From an uncultured Bacilli bacterium (GTDB lineage: Bacteria; Bacillota_I; Bacilli_A; RF39; UBA660), in contig CANRPB010000002.1 of the NCBI GenBank assembly GCA_947632415.1, positions 1 to 56,064 of the forward strand: a stretch of 56,064 nt of DNA. Reading direction: 5' to 3'. The notes below the pieces were generated by a model. That model worked only from the letters and a program-made list of their open reading frames with translations, had not been told where the DNA came from and made no database searches. Position 1 is the first letter of the stretch. The number at the start of each line of letters is the position of its first letter. The position numbers and the translations under genes were made by a program. Positions 33,602 through 43,214 of this stretch are shown piece after piece.

Positions 33602-34699
33602 TTAAACATCTGTGTTTATATCACTTTCCAAATATGTTTTTGTTGTATCATAATCCAATGTATTTTCATCAGAATATGTATCTTGTTGTGATTCACCATT
33701 CAAATAATTTAATGTATCATCGTATGGAACAGTAGTTTCAGCAGGTTGTACATCAGTTTGGCCAGAACCATTTAAGAATCTTAATGTTTCTTGATACGTC
33801 ATATCCGTATCAGTTCCACCGCCACCATCATCTCCACCCCCACCTGAATCACCACCACCAGATGAAGAACTACCTGATTGAATATCCCTTGCATCGACAT
33901 ATAATTCTATTCTATCAATACCTGTTTTGTCAACATCCCCAACTTCTAATACTTTTCTTTGTTGTCCAGTACCTTCAGCAGCAACAATTGCCACACTTGC
34001 ATAATCCCTTCCGTCTTCCTCGTATGTTAAATCAGATAAGTTGTTTAATTCAAATGAAAATACAACAGGGTTTACACCTTCTTCATTTCCAATTGTTCTA
34101 TGTACTGGTTTTCTAATTCTAAATTCCAATGACTCCAAATTAACTGGTCTATCCATACTTTCATCATAGTCAATCATGTTTGGAAACAACCAGAATAACA
34201 AATCATAATCCAGGAATTTATCATTCAACACATTTAACAAATTATCACCAGTATTTTGTACCGTTATTTCACCTTCAACTTCTGGATTATATTCAGGTAT
34301 ATCGGATAATTTTATAAAATCAATTTTTCTTTTTGCATCTTCTGGACTTATATACAAATCCGTAACCATTTGTCTTGCTATTTGTGGAACAGTCCCTGTA
34401 TATTTTGTTGTTTTTAAAAATGACCTATATGTTAAAATGTGGTTACACATGAAACCATAAACTTCAATTTGTAGAATATCTTGTTCATAATTTTTTAATC
34501 CTTTGATAATCCCCAAAGCACCATCTTCAAACAAGATGTAATTTCCAAACTTTAAATATTGTATCACTTCTTCATCAGGATACATAATCACAGAAAAATT
34601 ACCATAGGAATTTGCTTCATCTTTATATTCTACATATGAAAAAGTTTTTATTACATCAAGTCTATTTCTTGTTGCTTTGTCAAATATCTCTAATTTCAT
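33602..34699 (-). CDS. Tail-associated protein (Tal position; siphovirus Gp37-like N-terminus)
   Basis: MKLEIFDKATRNRLDVIKTFSYVEY...; Gly/Ser/Asp linker SSSSGGGDSGGGGDDGGGG. Confidence 0.5.
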   Translation of the reverse strand: MKLEIFDKATRNRLDVIKTFSYVEYKDEANSYGNFSVIMYPDEEVIQYLKFGNYILFEDGALGIIKGLKNYEQDILQIEVYGFMCNHILTYRSFLKTTKYTGTVPQIARQMVTDLYISPEDAKRKIDFIKLSDIPEYNPEVEGEITVQNTGDNLLNVLNDKFLDYDLLFWLFPNMIDYDESMDRPVNLESLEFRIRKPVHRTIGNEEGVNPVVFSFELNNLSDLTYEEDGRDYASVAIVAAEGTGQQRKVLEVGDVDKTGIDRIELYVDARDIQSGSSSSGGGDSGGGGDDGGGGTDTDMTYQETLRFLNGSGQTDVQPAETTVPYDDTLNYLNGESQQDTYSDENTLDYDTTKTYLESDINTDV

Positions 34700-34700
34700 T

Positions 34701-35648
34701 TTACATCTCCATTAAAGCATATTTTTCGGGATTTATTTCAATTACAACATCTAATGAATCTTCCGCACCATTTTCTGTTGAATAACCAATTAGTGTTGTT
34801 CCAACCTGACATTTAAACCAAGAATTATCAAAACTCCAATATTTAAAATAATTATATTCCACCCCATCAATTATTCCAATAACACCTTTTTCAGGACCAT
34901 CTGAAGTGTTTATAATTATCTTCTCCCCTTGTTGCATCGTTTTCTTAATGGTTATTGTTTCACCAGTACCAATATTTTCAATTTGTGGATTAACTACTTC
35001 ATCTTTTGCTGTTAATATAATTCTACAACCTATTTGAACATCACCTTCATTTTCAACAGATAACATCAAATAGTTAACTCTTCTACCACCAACAATTCCA
35101 AAGGGAGGAATTATAAACGGGGAGTGTAGCATTGGAATATCCCCGTTTATAATTGTTTTCATAATTGTGTTCTTTTTAAACATTGGATTAGCACAATACA
35201 ATGTAAACATAAATTCACAAAAGTATGTGTTATTTGTTTGTTCTGTGTTTCCGTATGCGATAGAAGCCGCTGGTTTTCCTTCAATAAAATAATCGTTAAT
35301 ACTTAATACCAAATAATCCAATGGATTTATAATACTATTAAGATCTTCTTTTTTATTTTTTATTATTTCATATCCATAAGAATTCCATTGACTTCTATCC
35401 AATGCCATCATATCATCTTTTGTCAACCAATAATAAACATATCCAGTTATTGTTATATCCCTTTCTTTTATCATAGTGCTGGATATTGTTACACCAATTT
35501 GGTTCAGGTAGTTATATGTGTTATGCTGGGCTGGAGCTGTTCCCCAGTCCAACCCATCTGACTTATAAACATAATCACAGTCTATATCCTGACCGAAAAT
35601 AACTTCCCTTGATGTAGTTTTATTTTTTACCTTAAACCTTTCAATCAT
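34701..35648 (-). CDS. Distal tail protein (Dit position)
   Basis: 315-aa ORF immediately after the tape measure gene. Confidence 0.55.
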   Translation of the reverse strand: MIERFKVKNKTTSREVIFGQDIDCDYVYKSDGLDWGTAPAQHNTYNYLNQIGVTISSTMIKERDITITGYVYYWLTKDDMMALDRSQWNSYGYEIIKNKKEDLNSIINPLDYLVLSINDYFIEGKPAASIAYGNTEQTNNTYFCEFMFTLYCANPMFKKNTIMKTIINGDIPMLHSPFIIPPFGIVGGRRVNYLMLSVENEGDVQIGCRIILTAKDEVVNPQIENIGTGETITIKKTMQQGEKIIINTSDGPEKGVIGIIDGVEYNYFKYWSFDNSWFKCQVGTTLIGYSTENGAEDSLDVVIEINPEKYALMEM

Positions 35649-35659
35649 ATAGACACCAC

Positions 35660-38600
35660 CTAGTTACCAAACAACAATTCTTTCTTGACACGTTTAATTT
35701 GCCGAGCGTATTCATATGGATTAGGTGTAACATCATAGAAGTTAAATGTATCACCACCATTTGAACCTCCACCATTATTATATTCCTTTGCCTCCTGCTT
35801 TGTCAATACCCTTTCCCCTTGGTGTAATTTTGCAATATAACCATTGTAGGGAACATAATCCAAACCAGCAGCATGGGAATTAAATATACCACCAACCGCG
35901 TCACCAATCCAACTAATACCACTCTTTATTTTATCAATGAAATCTGTTATCCAACCAAACTTTTCACTAAACCAACCAGAAACAGATTCCCAAACAGATT
36001 TCATTCCTTCCCATATTGCATTGATAATATCTTTACCAGCTTGCAATACCTTTGGAATAATTTCTGTTATTGTTGAAACAATGGAGTTTATCTTTTCTTT
36101 TATATCATTTGTTATCTTTTCCCATCCTTCTTTTACAGCCCCAACTATTTTATCCCATAATGCCTGAATGTTTTCCAAGAAACTTGATATAATTGTTTTA
36201 ACACCATCAATAATAGATGTAACCAACCCCTTTACTGTTTCAACTATTGTTTCAACAAATTGTCTGACATTATCAATAACATTTCTTATCATTTCTATAA
36301 AGTTTGTTATAAGTTCTGTTATAATTGTCATCAAATTTGTAACAACATTTTTCAAGGTTTCAAATAAATTCTTAATCAAATTTATAAAACCTTCAAACAA
36401 ATTCTTTAACGTTTCGCTGATGGTTGAGAAAAATTCCATAACAGTGTTTTTTATTGTTTCAAATGCCTCTTTTATAATATCCCAAATTTTACCAAAAAAG
36501 TCTGTTAAATTATCCCACAAGTTTTGGAAAAATTCTGTTATCTTATTCCAGGTATCTTCAAAAAACCCAACCAATTTATCCCAGACATTTTTGAAAAACT
36601 CTACAATATTATTCCAAGCATCAATAAAGAATGTAACAATTTTATCCCATGTATCAGCAAAGAAAGTTGAAACAGAGTTCCAAACATTACTGAAAAATTC
36701 TGTCACACCATTCCACAACGTTGATAAAAATTCACTAATCTTACTCCATACATTTGAAACAAACTCACTTAAGTTATCCCATAAACCAGTGAAGAAATCA
36801 AATACCATTTGTGCAAACTGTTTCAATACATCTAAGAATGCACCAAACATATTCTTGAAACCTTCCAATATACCAAGTAATATGTTTTCGCCTATTGGCT
36901 TCATTGCTTCCGCAGGGGAATGAATACCAAATATATCACAAATGAATCCCCATATTGTATCAAATAACATTTTTATTGGTGCAAATAACAAACTCAAAGC
37001 AGTTTTGAATCCCTCAATAATTCCCTCGATTATTAGTCTTCCTACTTGAGCCCAATCACCTTGCTTTATTGCATCAATAATATCCCCAAGCCAATCAAAG
37101 AAACCAGCAATAGCATCAACCAGTGTACCAAGTAAATCAATAGCATTTTCAACAACTTCAACAAATATCGTTGCCAGGAATCTTGCTATAGCATCCACTA
37201 TTGGTTTTAACGTTTGCCAAATTTGTTTTAATTTTTCAAATAACTTACTTACCTTTTCCCTGAACTCTTCACTATTTTTCCATAAGTCTACTAATCCTTT
37301 TACCACCAATGCAATCACACCAACAATTGCTAATAATACTGGATTAAAACCACCTATCAAAGGACCTAACAATTTTACAATATTCATAATACTGCCAATT
37401 GCAGTTGTTAATTTACCAAATATTGTAAGCAAAGGTCCTAATGCTGCAACCACTTCCAATATTTTAACAATGTGTGCTTTCTCTGCATCGGATAAATTAT
37501 TCCACCAACCAATAATTTTTTCAAGAATATCCATTAACTTTTCCAATATTGGAATAAGTAATTCAGCAATATCCCTTTTCATTGCTTTCCAACGTTCATT
37601 TAATTGGCTTATTTTACTATCCAATGTTCCATAACGTTTTTCAGCCTCTGTTGTTAATGCTGTATTTTCTTTCCAAGCATTGTTAGCCAAATCAATTGCA
37701 TCTGTTAATTCCCCACCAGCCAATGACAATGCACGTAACATATTACTTTGTCTAATACCAGACATTCCTAATTCGTCCAGTACTAATACAGCACTACCAC
37801 CTTTTTCTTCCACACCAGCCAAACCTAACAAGAAATTCTTCAATGCTGTTATCGGGTCATTTTCCCAAGCATTTGAAAATTCTTTTGCAGTCATGCCAGA
37901 AACTTCAGCCAAGGTGTTTAATTGAGTTATTGCACCCTCATCACCTTGTAGTGCTTTTTTAACAGCCGTTTCGATATTTGCTAACGTGGTTGACATGGAA
38001 GAACCACCTGCCTCTGCACGAATACCAACAGAAGTCATTGCAGTTGCCAAACCAAGAATTTCAGTTTCAGTCAACCCAGCCATTGTACCAGCAGAAGCAA
38101 GTCTTAAACTCATGTTTACAATTTCATCTTCCTGTGCCGCAAAGTTATTACCCAAGTCAACAACTGTTGCACCAAGTTTATCAACATCAGAAGTTGCAGT
38201 ACCAGTAATGTTCATGAATCTGGCTAATGCTGTTGCTGCTTCTTCTGCAGTTAAGTTTGTAGAGTCACCTAACTCAACCATTATTTTTGTGAACTTTGTA
38301 ATTTCTTCCCCACCTTTACCAAGCTCAATACCCAACTGACCAGCAACTTCCATTACACCAGCAATTTCTTCTGCAGATGAAGCAGTTGAACCAGCCATGT
38401 CTTCGATTGCTTTTGATAATAACGCATACTCTTCTTCAGTTGCATCAACTGTTTTCTTAACACCAGTAAAAGCACTTTCAAAATCTCTATAACTATCAAT
38501 TGCACTTTTACCCAAACCAACCAAAGGTACTGTTAAGTTTCTTGTTAAATTAGAACCAACATTTGAAGCAACACTACCAACTGCTGTTAATTTATCACCA

Positions 38601-38719
38601 AGGGAAGCAGATGTATCACGGAATTTACTAAGTGCACTTTCTGCTGTACTTAATCCCTCATTGAAAGCAGTCATATTCAAATCAAGATAGGCAACCGCAG
38701 TACCAACATCAATAGCCAT
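35660..38719 (-). CDS. Tail tape measure protein (1019 aa)
   Basis: Length, helical/TM-rich centre, ten Trp at an exact 11-residue period (W647..W746); follows the chaperone pair. Confidence 0.85.
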   Translation of the reverse strand: MAIDVGTAVAYLDLNMTAFNEGLSTAESALSKFRDTSASLGDKLTAVGSVASNVGSNLTRNLTVPLVGLGKSAIDSYRDFESAFTGVKKTVDATEEEYALLSKAIEDMAGSTASSAEEIAGVMEVAGQLGIELGKGGEEITKFTKIMVELGDSTNLTAEEAATALARFMNITGTATSDVDKLGATVVDLGNNFAAQEDEIVNMSLRLASAGTMAGLTETEILGLATAMTSVGIRAEAGGSSMSTTLANIETAVKKALQGDEGAITQLNTLAEVSGMTAKEFSNAWENDPITALKNFLLGLAGVEEKGGSAVLVLDELGMSGIRQSNMLRALSLAGGELTDAIDLANNAWKENTALTTEAEKRYGTLDSKISQLNERWKAMKRDIAELLIPILEKLMDILEKIIGWWNNLSDAEKAHIVKILEVVAALGPLLTIFGKLTTAIGSIMNIVKLLGPLIGGFNPVLLAIVGVIALVVKGLVDLWKNSEEFREKVSKLFEKLKQIWQTLKPIVDAIARFLATIFVEVVENAIDLLGTLVDAIAGFFDWLGDIIDAIKQGDWAQVGRLIIEGIIEGFKTALSLLFAPIKMLFDTIWGFICDIFGIHSPAEAMKPIGENILLGILEGFKNMFGAFLDVLKQFAQMVFDFFTGLWDNLSEFVSNVWSKISEFLSTLWNGVTEFFSNVWNSVSTFFADTWDKIVTFFIDAWNNIVEFFKNVWDKLVGFFEDTWNKITEFFQNLWDNLTDFFGKIWDIIKEAFETIKNTVMEFFSTISETLKNLFEGFINLIKNLFETLKNVVTNLMTIITELITNFIEMIRNVIDNVRQFVETIVETVKGLVTSIIDGVKTIISSFLENIQALWDKIVGAVKEGWEKITNDIKEKINSIVSTITEIIPKVLQAGKDIINAIWEGMKSVWESVSGWFSEKFGWITDFIDKIKSGISWIGDAVGGIFNSHAAGLDYVPYNGYIAKLHQGERVLTKQEAKEYNNGGGSNGGDTFNFYDVTPNPYEYARQIKRVKKELLFGN

Positions 38720-38732
38720 TTCTTATCTCCCT

Positions 38733-38972
38733 CTAACTATCATACTTTCTATACAAATCCGAAGGTCTATTATAAGTAGTGGGGGAAGATTTACCAGTGT
38801 TACTTACAATCGGTTCTTTTCCATCCTTTATTTGTTGAATAATAAACGCACATGCTTCATCAAAACAAAAGGCTGTATATTCATCACTTATCCCCATTAT
38901 CTCAGAAGGTCTCGTGTGCATACCCAGCCCTTTGTAAACGCCTAATATTCTTAAAACTTCACCACTACTCAC
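38733..38972 (-). CDS. Tail assembly chaperone, second frame (T-like part)
   Basis: No RBS, GTG start; +1 frame relative to 38965..39381, overlapping its last 8 nt. Confidence 0.5.
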   Translation of the reverse strand: MSSGEVLRILGVYKGLGMHTRPSEIMGISDEYTAFCFDEACAFIIQQIKDGKEPIVSNTGKSSPTTYNRPSDLYRKYDS

Positions 38973-39381
38973 GAAAGGATTTTAATGTATCAATACCTCT
39001 CTGTGTATAACTGAAAACAAACAACTGTTGCTCATCCGTCAATTCAATTCCATTTTGTACCAGTTGTTCATAAGTAGGTTCTACAAATGATTCTCTACAA
39101 ATAGTTTCCAAAATACTGAACAGGTTGTTCATCATATCTTTATCAATACTATTTGCAACCACGGCAGAAGCACCACCAGCAAACAACTTATTTGCCTCAA
39201 CCAGCAATTCGTTAGGAATCTTACCAGTCTTAACCATAGCCATCATGGAAGGTCTTTTCAAACGAGCAACAAACGGAACATCATCAGAAAACGGAGGTAA
39301 TTCAACAATCTCCCCTTGTTTGCTTTTCAACAGTTCTTCGATACTTGTAACATTTAAAATCTTTTCATTATTTTCAGGCAT
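38965..39381 (-). CDS. Tail assembly chaperone (G-like)
   Basis: 138-aa acidic ORF between the tail tube and tape measure genes. Confidence 0.6.
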   Translation of the reverse strand: MPENNEKILNVTSIEELLKSKQGEIVELPPFSDDVPFVARLKRPSMMAMVKTGKIPNELLVEANKLFAGGASAVVANSIDKDMMNNLFSILETICRESFVEPTYEQLVQNGIELTDEQQLFVFSYTQRGIDTLKSFRE

Positions 39382-39404
39382 TTTTATTTTCTCCTTTTTA
39401 TTTT

Positions 39405-39989
39405 TTACTCCGCACTAACTTCAGGTAGGGAATCAACAATCTCGATTGTGTACGGTGCTTCCCCTTCTGCAGGTGCAGAATTGATTGTGTACTCAGGTGC
39501 TCTAAATGCACCATCCTCGGAACTAAATGCAACAGGAACACCTTGGCAGTTAGGATAAGTAATCTTCTCATAACCAGTCAATACACCAGCTGCATTATAA
39601 ATTGCAGAATATGCAGACAACATGAAAATCTTACCCTTTTCCTTTGAACCAACAACAGGCGGTGTGTACTTCTTGAATGTTTTACCATCCTCATTCGTTT
39701 CAATCTTACCACCTTGTAACATCATAACCAGTTGATCGTTAAATACGTTATCCGTAAGAACAATCGTGTTACCAGTTACAGTTGTTTGTTGTGGCTTCTG
39801 AGCAATCAGTCTACCCTTTACAATCAATGCGATTCTATCAACCGTTTCCGTACCAACCGTTACAGCAATTTGGTTAGCGGTATCAAGAATAATTTCATCA
39901 GCACTCTCTTCATAAGTTTTTACAGTAACAAGCACCACATCAATGGTAGCAATTTCATTACCCTTTAAAACTTTATTCTCTCCAGGCAT
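39405..39989 (-). CDS. Major tail (tube) protein
   Basis: 194 aa, phi13-type major tail pattern, elevated G+C, position before the chaperones. Confidence 0.7.
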   Translation of the reverse strand: MPGENKVLKGNEIATIDVVLVTVKTYEESADEIILDTANQIAVTVGTETVDRIALIVKGRLIAQKPQQTTVTGNTIVLTDNVFNDQLVMMLQGGKIETNEDGKTFKKYTPPVVGSKEKGKIFMLSAYSAIYNAAGVLTGYEKITYPNCQGVPVAFSSEDGAFRAPEYTINSAPAEGEAPYTIEIVDSLPEVSAE

Positions 39990-40003
39990 CTTGTTTCTCC
40001 TTT

Positions 40004-40366
40004 CTACAAATGTTTATTTCTAACATTGTTATGATACATAAAACTTCTCATGTGTGCATGGTAATTATCATCATAGTAGTCTGCCTCTTTTGAACCAGAA
40101 GGCATTAACATCGGATATAATTCACCATCCAAAACAGCTTTTACTTTGTTTTCAAAATCCTCCAACATAGAATATTGATTTCTTGGAACATACAATAAAA
40201 ACAAATAATAAACTCGTTCAGAAGAGAAATTAACTATTTGTGTACTTCCATATTGTTTTACTACAACATATGGTGATAAACATTCACCTTCATGTGTAGC
40301 TGGTGGATATGCATCTATCCCATTTTCAATAAGTTTATCACAAATCATTTCCCATACACTTGCCAT
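40004..40366 (-). CDS. Tail completion / tail-terminator-type protein
   Basis: Position between the gp10-like and tail tube genes; TAATG coupling. Confidence 0.45.
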   Translation of the reverse strand: MASVWEMICDKLIENGIDAYPPATHEGECLSPYVVVKQYGSTQIVNFSSERVYYLFLLYVPRNQYSMLEDFENKVKAVLDGELYPMLMPSGSKEADYYDDNYHAHMRSFMYHNNVRNKHL

Positions 40367-40722
40367 TAAAACCACCCTCTATTCAAAATTCCTTGCATAC
40401 CTCGTACTACATCAGGACCTTTCAATCTAGCAGTTGGTTCTAGAATAGCAAATCTTAATTCCATAGCGTACTCAAGGTAAACACCATATTCAACCGTATG
40501 TTGCAAAGAAATACCAATTACATTATCGTTAGAATCCATAACTTCTGCTTTCAAACCCCTCCTTGCATTACCTGTTCTATCATTCCAAGGAGCAGTTCTT
40601 TTCATGTAATTCACTAACTCTTCTGATTGTTCCTGTAAATAAGCTTGCATTCTTTGTTTGGTTTTAAAACGGAAATTATACAGTCCTGTAACAACTTCAC
40701 TAATTTCAACGCTTATCCCCAT
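40366..40722 (-). CDS. HK97 gp10-family head-tail protein
   Basis: RTAPWNDRTGNARRGLKAEV and size typical of the gp10 family. Confidence 0.55.
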   Translation of the reverse strand: MGISVEISEVVTGLYNFRFKTKQRMQAYLQEQSEELVNYMKRTAPWNDRTGNARRGLKAEVMDSNDNVIGISLQHTVEYGVYLEYAMELRFAILEPTARLKGPDVVRGMQGILNRGWF

Positions 40723-41095
40723 CAATAACCTCCAATGAAATTTCAAAAGCTATATTCATATTTTTTAAATCAACCTTTTCAACAACCTTATAGGTATTAT
40801 CCCCAATATGAACAACATCATCTAACAACACCCTGTTTGTTTCATTATACAAACAAATTATCATGGGCTTCATTTTGGAAACGGTTCTACTTCCATCACG
40901 TGAATATATTTCTATATTCAACATACCACCATATCCACCACCATCATGATAAACACCTTTTATTGGTATCTCCAATTCAACCTCATCAGTTATTTGCCCA
41001 TATTTGTCCTTTTTGTAACGTGTGAATATAAACTCTTGTCCATTCCATTCAATTTGTCTTTTTATTTTATTTTTTAAATATAATTTTGTTTGCAT
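40706..41095 (-). CDS. Head-tail joining (head closure) protein
   Basis: 129 aa, position; SPP1 gp16-like size. Confidence 0.45.
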   Translation of the reverse strand: MQTKLYLKNKIKRQIEWNGQEFIFTRYKKDKYGQITDEVELEIPIKGVYHDGGGYGGMLNIEIYSRDGSRTVSKMKPMIICLYNETNRVLLDDVVHIGDNTYKVVEKVDLKNMNIAFEISLEVIDGDKR

Positions 41096-41097
41096 AG

Positions 41098-41364
41098 CTA
41101 TTCCCCCAAAACTCTAGAATTATTTTCACGATATTTCTGAGCAATCCTACGAAAATATTTTGAGGTATCTGCAGTTTCCAATCCACTTAAAACCAAGTTA
41201 GTGCTTTCGGATTTCAAGATCAAACATTGATATGCTGTTTTTTTGAAGTCCTGTCCGTTTTCCGACAGGTAGAACTCTAATTCCTCATCTGTGAAAAACG
41301 GACAATCTTCTTCCCTAAGTACAATTTTTAATTTTGAAACATTATCAACAGTACTTAAAGACAT
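41098..41364 (-). CDS. Head-tail connector/adaptor protein
   Basis: 88 aa, position after the capsid genes. Confidence 0.45.
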   Translation of the reverse strand: MSLSTVDNVSKLKIVLREEDCPFFTDEELEFYLSENGQDFKKTAYQCLILKSESTNLVLSGLETADTSKYFRRIAQKYRENNSRVLGE

Positions 41365-41374
41365 TTAAAACCTC

Positions 41375-41725
41375 CTAGCTATTAGCCCTAATAGCCTCTC
41401 TTAACTCCTTGTTGGATTTCAAACCACTTACATCAATACCCATAGATTCTGCCTTGTTTCTAAGCTCATGGTTATTCATTTCACTAAGCGGCTTTTCAAC
41501 TTCATCCTCCTGCATTGCAGCTTCCCAATCCTCATCAGACTCATCTTCATCTTCTATGGCTGATTCCTCTTTTCTTACTTCCTTTATCTTTTCAACCCTT
41601 TTGTTTGAATAATCAACACTAACTGAATCAGATTCCATTTCTACCCAGCCTGCACCTTTATAGAAATTTTCAAATGCAGATCTAGACACTTTGGTTGTTT
41701 TTCCATTTTTAGTTATTGTTATCAT
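41375..41725 (-). CDS. HeH-motif acidic protein (116 aa) downstream of the capsid gene
   Basis: C-terminal SEMNNHELRNKAESMGIDVSGLKSNKELREAIRAN; ESDEDWEAAMQEDE. Confidence 0.55.
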   Translation of the reverse strand: MITITKNGKTTKVSRSAFENFYKGAGWVEMESDSVSVDYSNKRVEKIKEVRKEESAIEDEDESDEDWEAAMQEDEVEKPLSEMNNHELRNKAESMGIDVSGLKSNKELREAIRANS

Positions 41726-41745
41726 ATCAGCCTCCATTATCAAAC

Positions 41746-42792
41746 TTACTCTTTTTTAACATCAGCAATAATAACACCCTCGATAGCTTCAAAGGAAGGA
41801 AGATAAATCATGGAAACCTTAGTATCAACATTAACAGGGTCAATCTTCTTTGAAGTCGTTACAGCAACACCAGTATCAATAATTGATACATTAGCTGCAG
41901 ACCCAGACATAAGATCAGACTGTTCAGGGGTTGTACCAAACCAACCAGTACCAAGTTTTCCCGGAGGAATAAGAACAAATATATCATCAGGAACAAACTT
42001 GTGTGCCGCTTTATTCTCATCCCGATAACGTGCATCATACACACCAAGTGAAATCTTAGCCTCATCCTGTACATAGCTAATAATCTTAGACTTGGATACA
42101 GCAGCAGTAGAATCATTACCCCAGATTGCATTCTTAATATTAGTATTCTTAACCATATAGTTAAGAGTTACAGTATTAAGAATAGCTCTATCAGGTGCAA
42201 CACCATATCTATCCGTTGCTTCCTCAATCCACTTATAAATATCCCCCATGATATCAGCGGACGGGTCAGACCAAGAAGTTTCTACTTCTACCTTTTGTCC
42301 GTCATCCATGCCATAATCATAATCATAATTTTGACCATTTGCAGAAATGGAGATACCACCAGTAGTAAGAAGCATCATTCTCATTCTCTCACGCTGTGCT
42401 CTTGCACCACGAAGCAGCTGCAACTCATCATCAAAAATCATACGATTAACAGTATCAATATAAGCACGATTGCCAGTCTCGAGAACCTGATTCAGTTGCT
42501 GTCTCAGCTCCTCGTCAATCATCATAGACTCCTTGAAAAACGGCATATTAACTCTCATCGTGTTAAAACCAATTCTGTCTCTCTTCAATGCCGCAACATC
42601 ATATGCGGAAGGCTTCAATACAACAGGAAGTCCCTTTGCACCATAAATCATTTCCATGGTAAGACCAAGCTTTTGCTGCTCATTGAAAAGTTCCTCACCC
42701 ATGTAATTTTGCTCAATCGGTCTTGTATTCCAATAAGCTGTAATATTACTTGCAGTTACATAATCAAAAATACTCTTCGGCTTAGTAGGCAT
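41746..42792 (-). CDS. Major capsid protein (lambda gpE-like family)
   Basis: 348 aa, elevated G+C, follows the gpD-like and scaffold genes; N-terminal pattern resembles Phage_cap_E. Confidence 0.7.
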   Translation of the reverse strand: MPTKPKSIFDYVTASNITAYWNTRPIEQNYMGEELFNEQQKLGLTMEMIYGAKGLPVVLKPSAYDVAALKRDRIGFNTMRVNMPFFKESMMIDEELRQQLNQVLETGNRAYIDTVNRMIFDDELQLLRGARAQRERMRMMLLTTGGISISANGQNYDYDYGMDDGQKVEVETSWSDPSADIMGDIYKWIEEATDRYGVAPDRAILNTVTLNYMVKNTNIKNAIWGNDSTAAVSKSKIISYVQDEAKISLGVYDARYRDENKAAHKFVPDDIFVLIPPGKLGTGWFGTTPEQSDLMSGSAANVSIIDTGVAVTTSKKIDPVNVDTKVSMIYLPSFEAIEGVIIADVKKE

Positions 42793-42809
42793 TTTATTAT
42801 TCCCTCCTA

Positions 42810-43202
42810 TTATTTAATATACTTGATACCATTCAGTTCCTTTACAGTCGACATAAGGGTTGCAACAGATTCATCAACCTTCGTTGCATCAATTGTACCA
42901 AAGATAACAACCTGTGCATTTGCAGTACCAGCAGTTACATCTACATCATGCAAAAGGTTACCAACAATACCAGTGGTATCACTGACGTCTGATACAACCT
43001 CAAATGCCTTCTCTGTACCATTTCTGTCCATAAGATCACCCTTCAGAAAACTACCAGCAAGTGCAATCTTTTTACCATCATCACCAGCCTCAATGCCAGT
43101 ATCTTTTACCATACAAGAAACAGCAGTACTATTCATTTCATCAACCAGAATAGTAGTTCTTGTACCATAAGACTCCTTAACAACACTAGGATTGTTTAAC
43201 AT
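42810..43202 (-). CDS. Head decoration protein (lambda gpD position)
   Basis: 130 aa between the scaffold and capsid genes. Confidence 0.45.
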   Translation of the reverse strand: MLNNPSVVKESYGTRTTILVDEMNSTAVSCMVKDTGIEAGDDGKKIALAGSFLKGDLMDRNGTEKAFEVVSDVSDTTGIVGNLLHDVDVTAGTANAQVVIFGTIDATKVDESVATLMSTVKELNGIKYIK

Positions 43203-43214
43203 TTTCTCTCCTCC

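Noticed and set aside
36168-36923. 251-aa plus-strand ORF (with other plus-strand ORFs at 35873-36167 and 37680-38339) inside the tape measure gene
   Set aside because: These are antisense shadows of a long, repetitive minus-strand gene. The translation is low-complexity (S/F/N/I-rich), there is no RBS, and no other plus-strand gene exists in the genome.
42295-43170. 291-aa plus-strand ORF opposite the capsid and decoration genes; similar cases at 5253-6201, 26977-27489, 27603-28054, 24122-24541 and 52815-53420
   Set aside because: They occur exactly where minus-strand genes have elevated G+C and codon bias, which suppresses antisense stops. There are no ribosome-binding sites, and the translations are Leu/Ser/Cys/His-rich and implausible.
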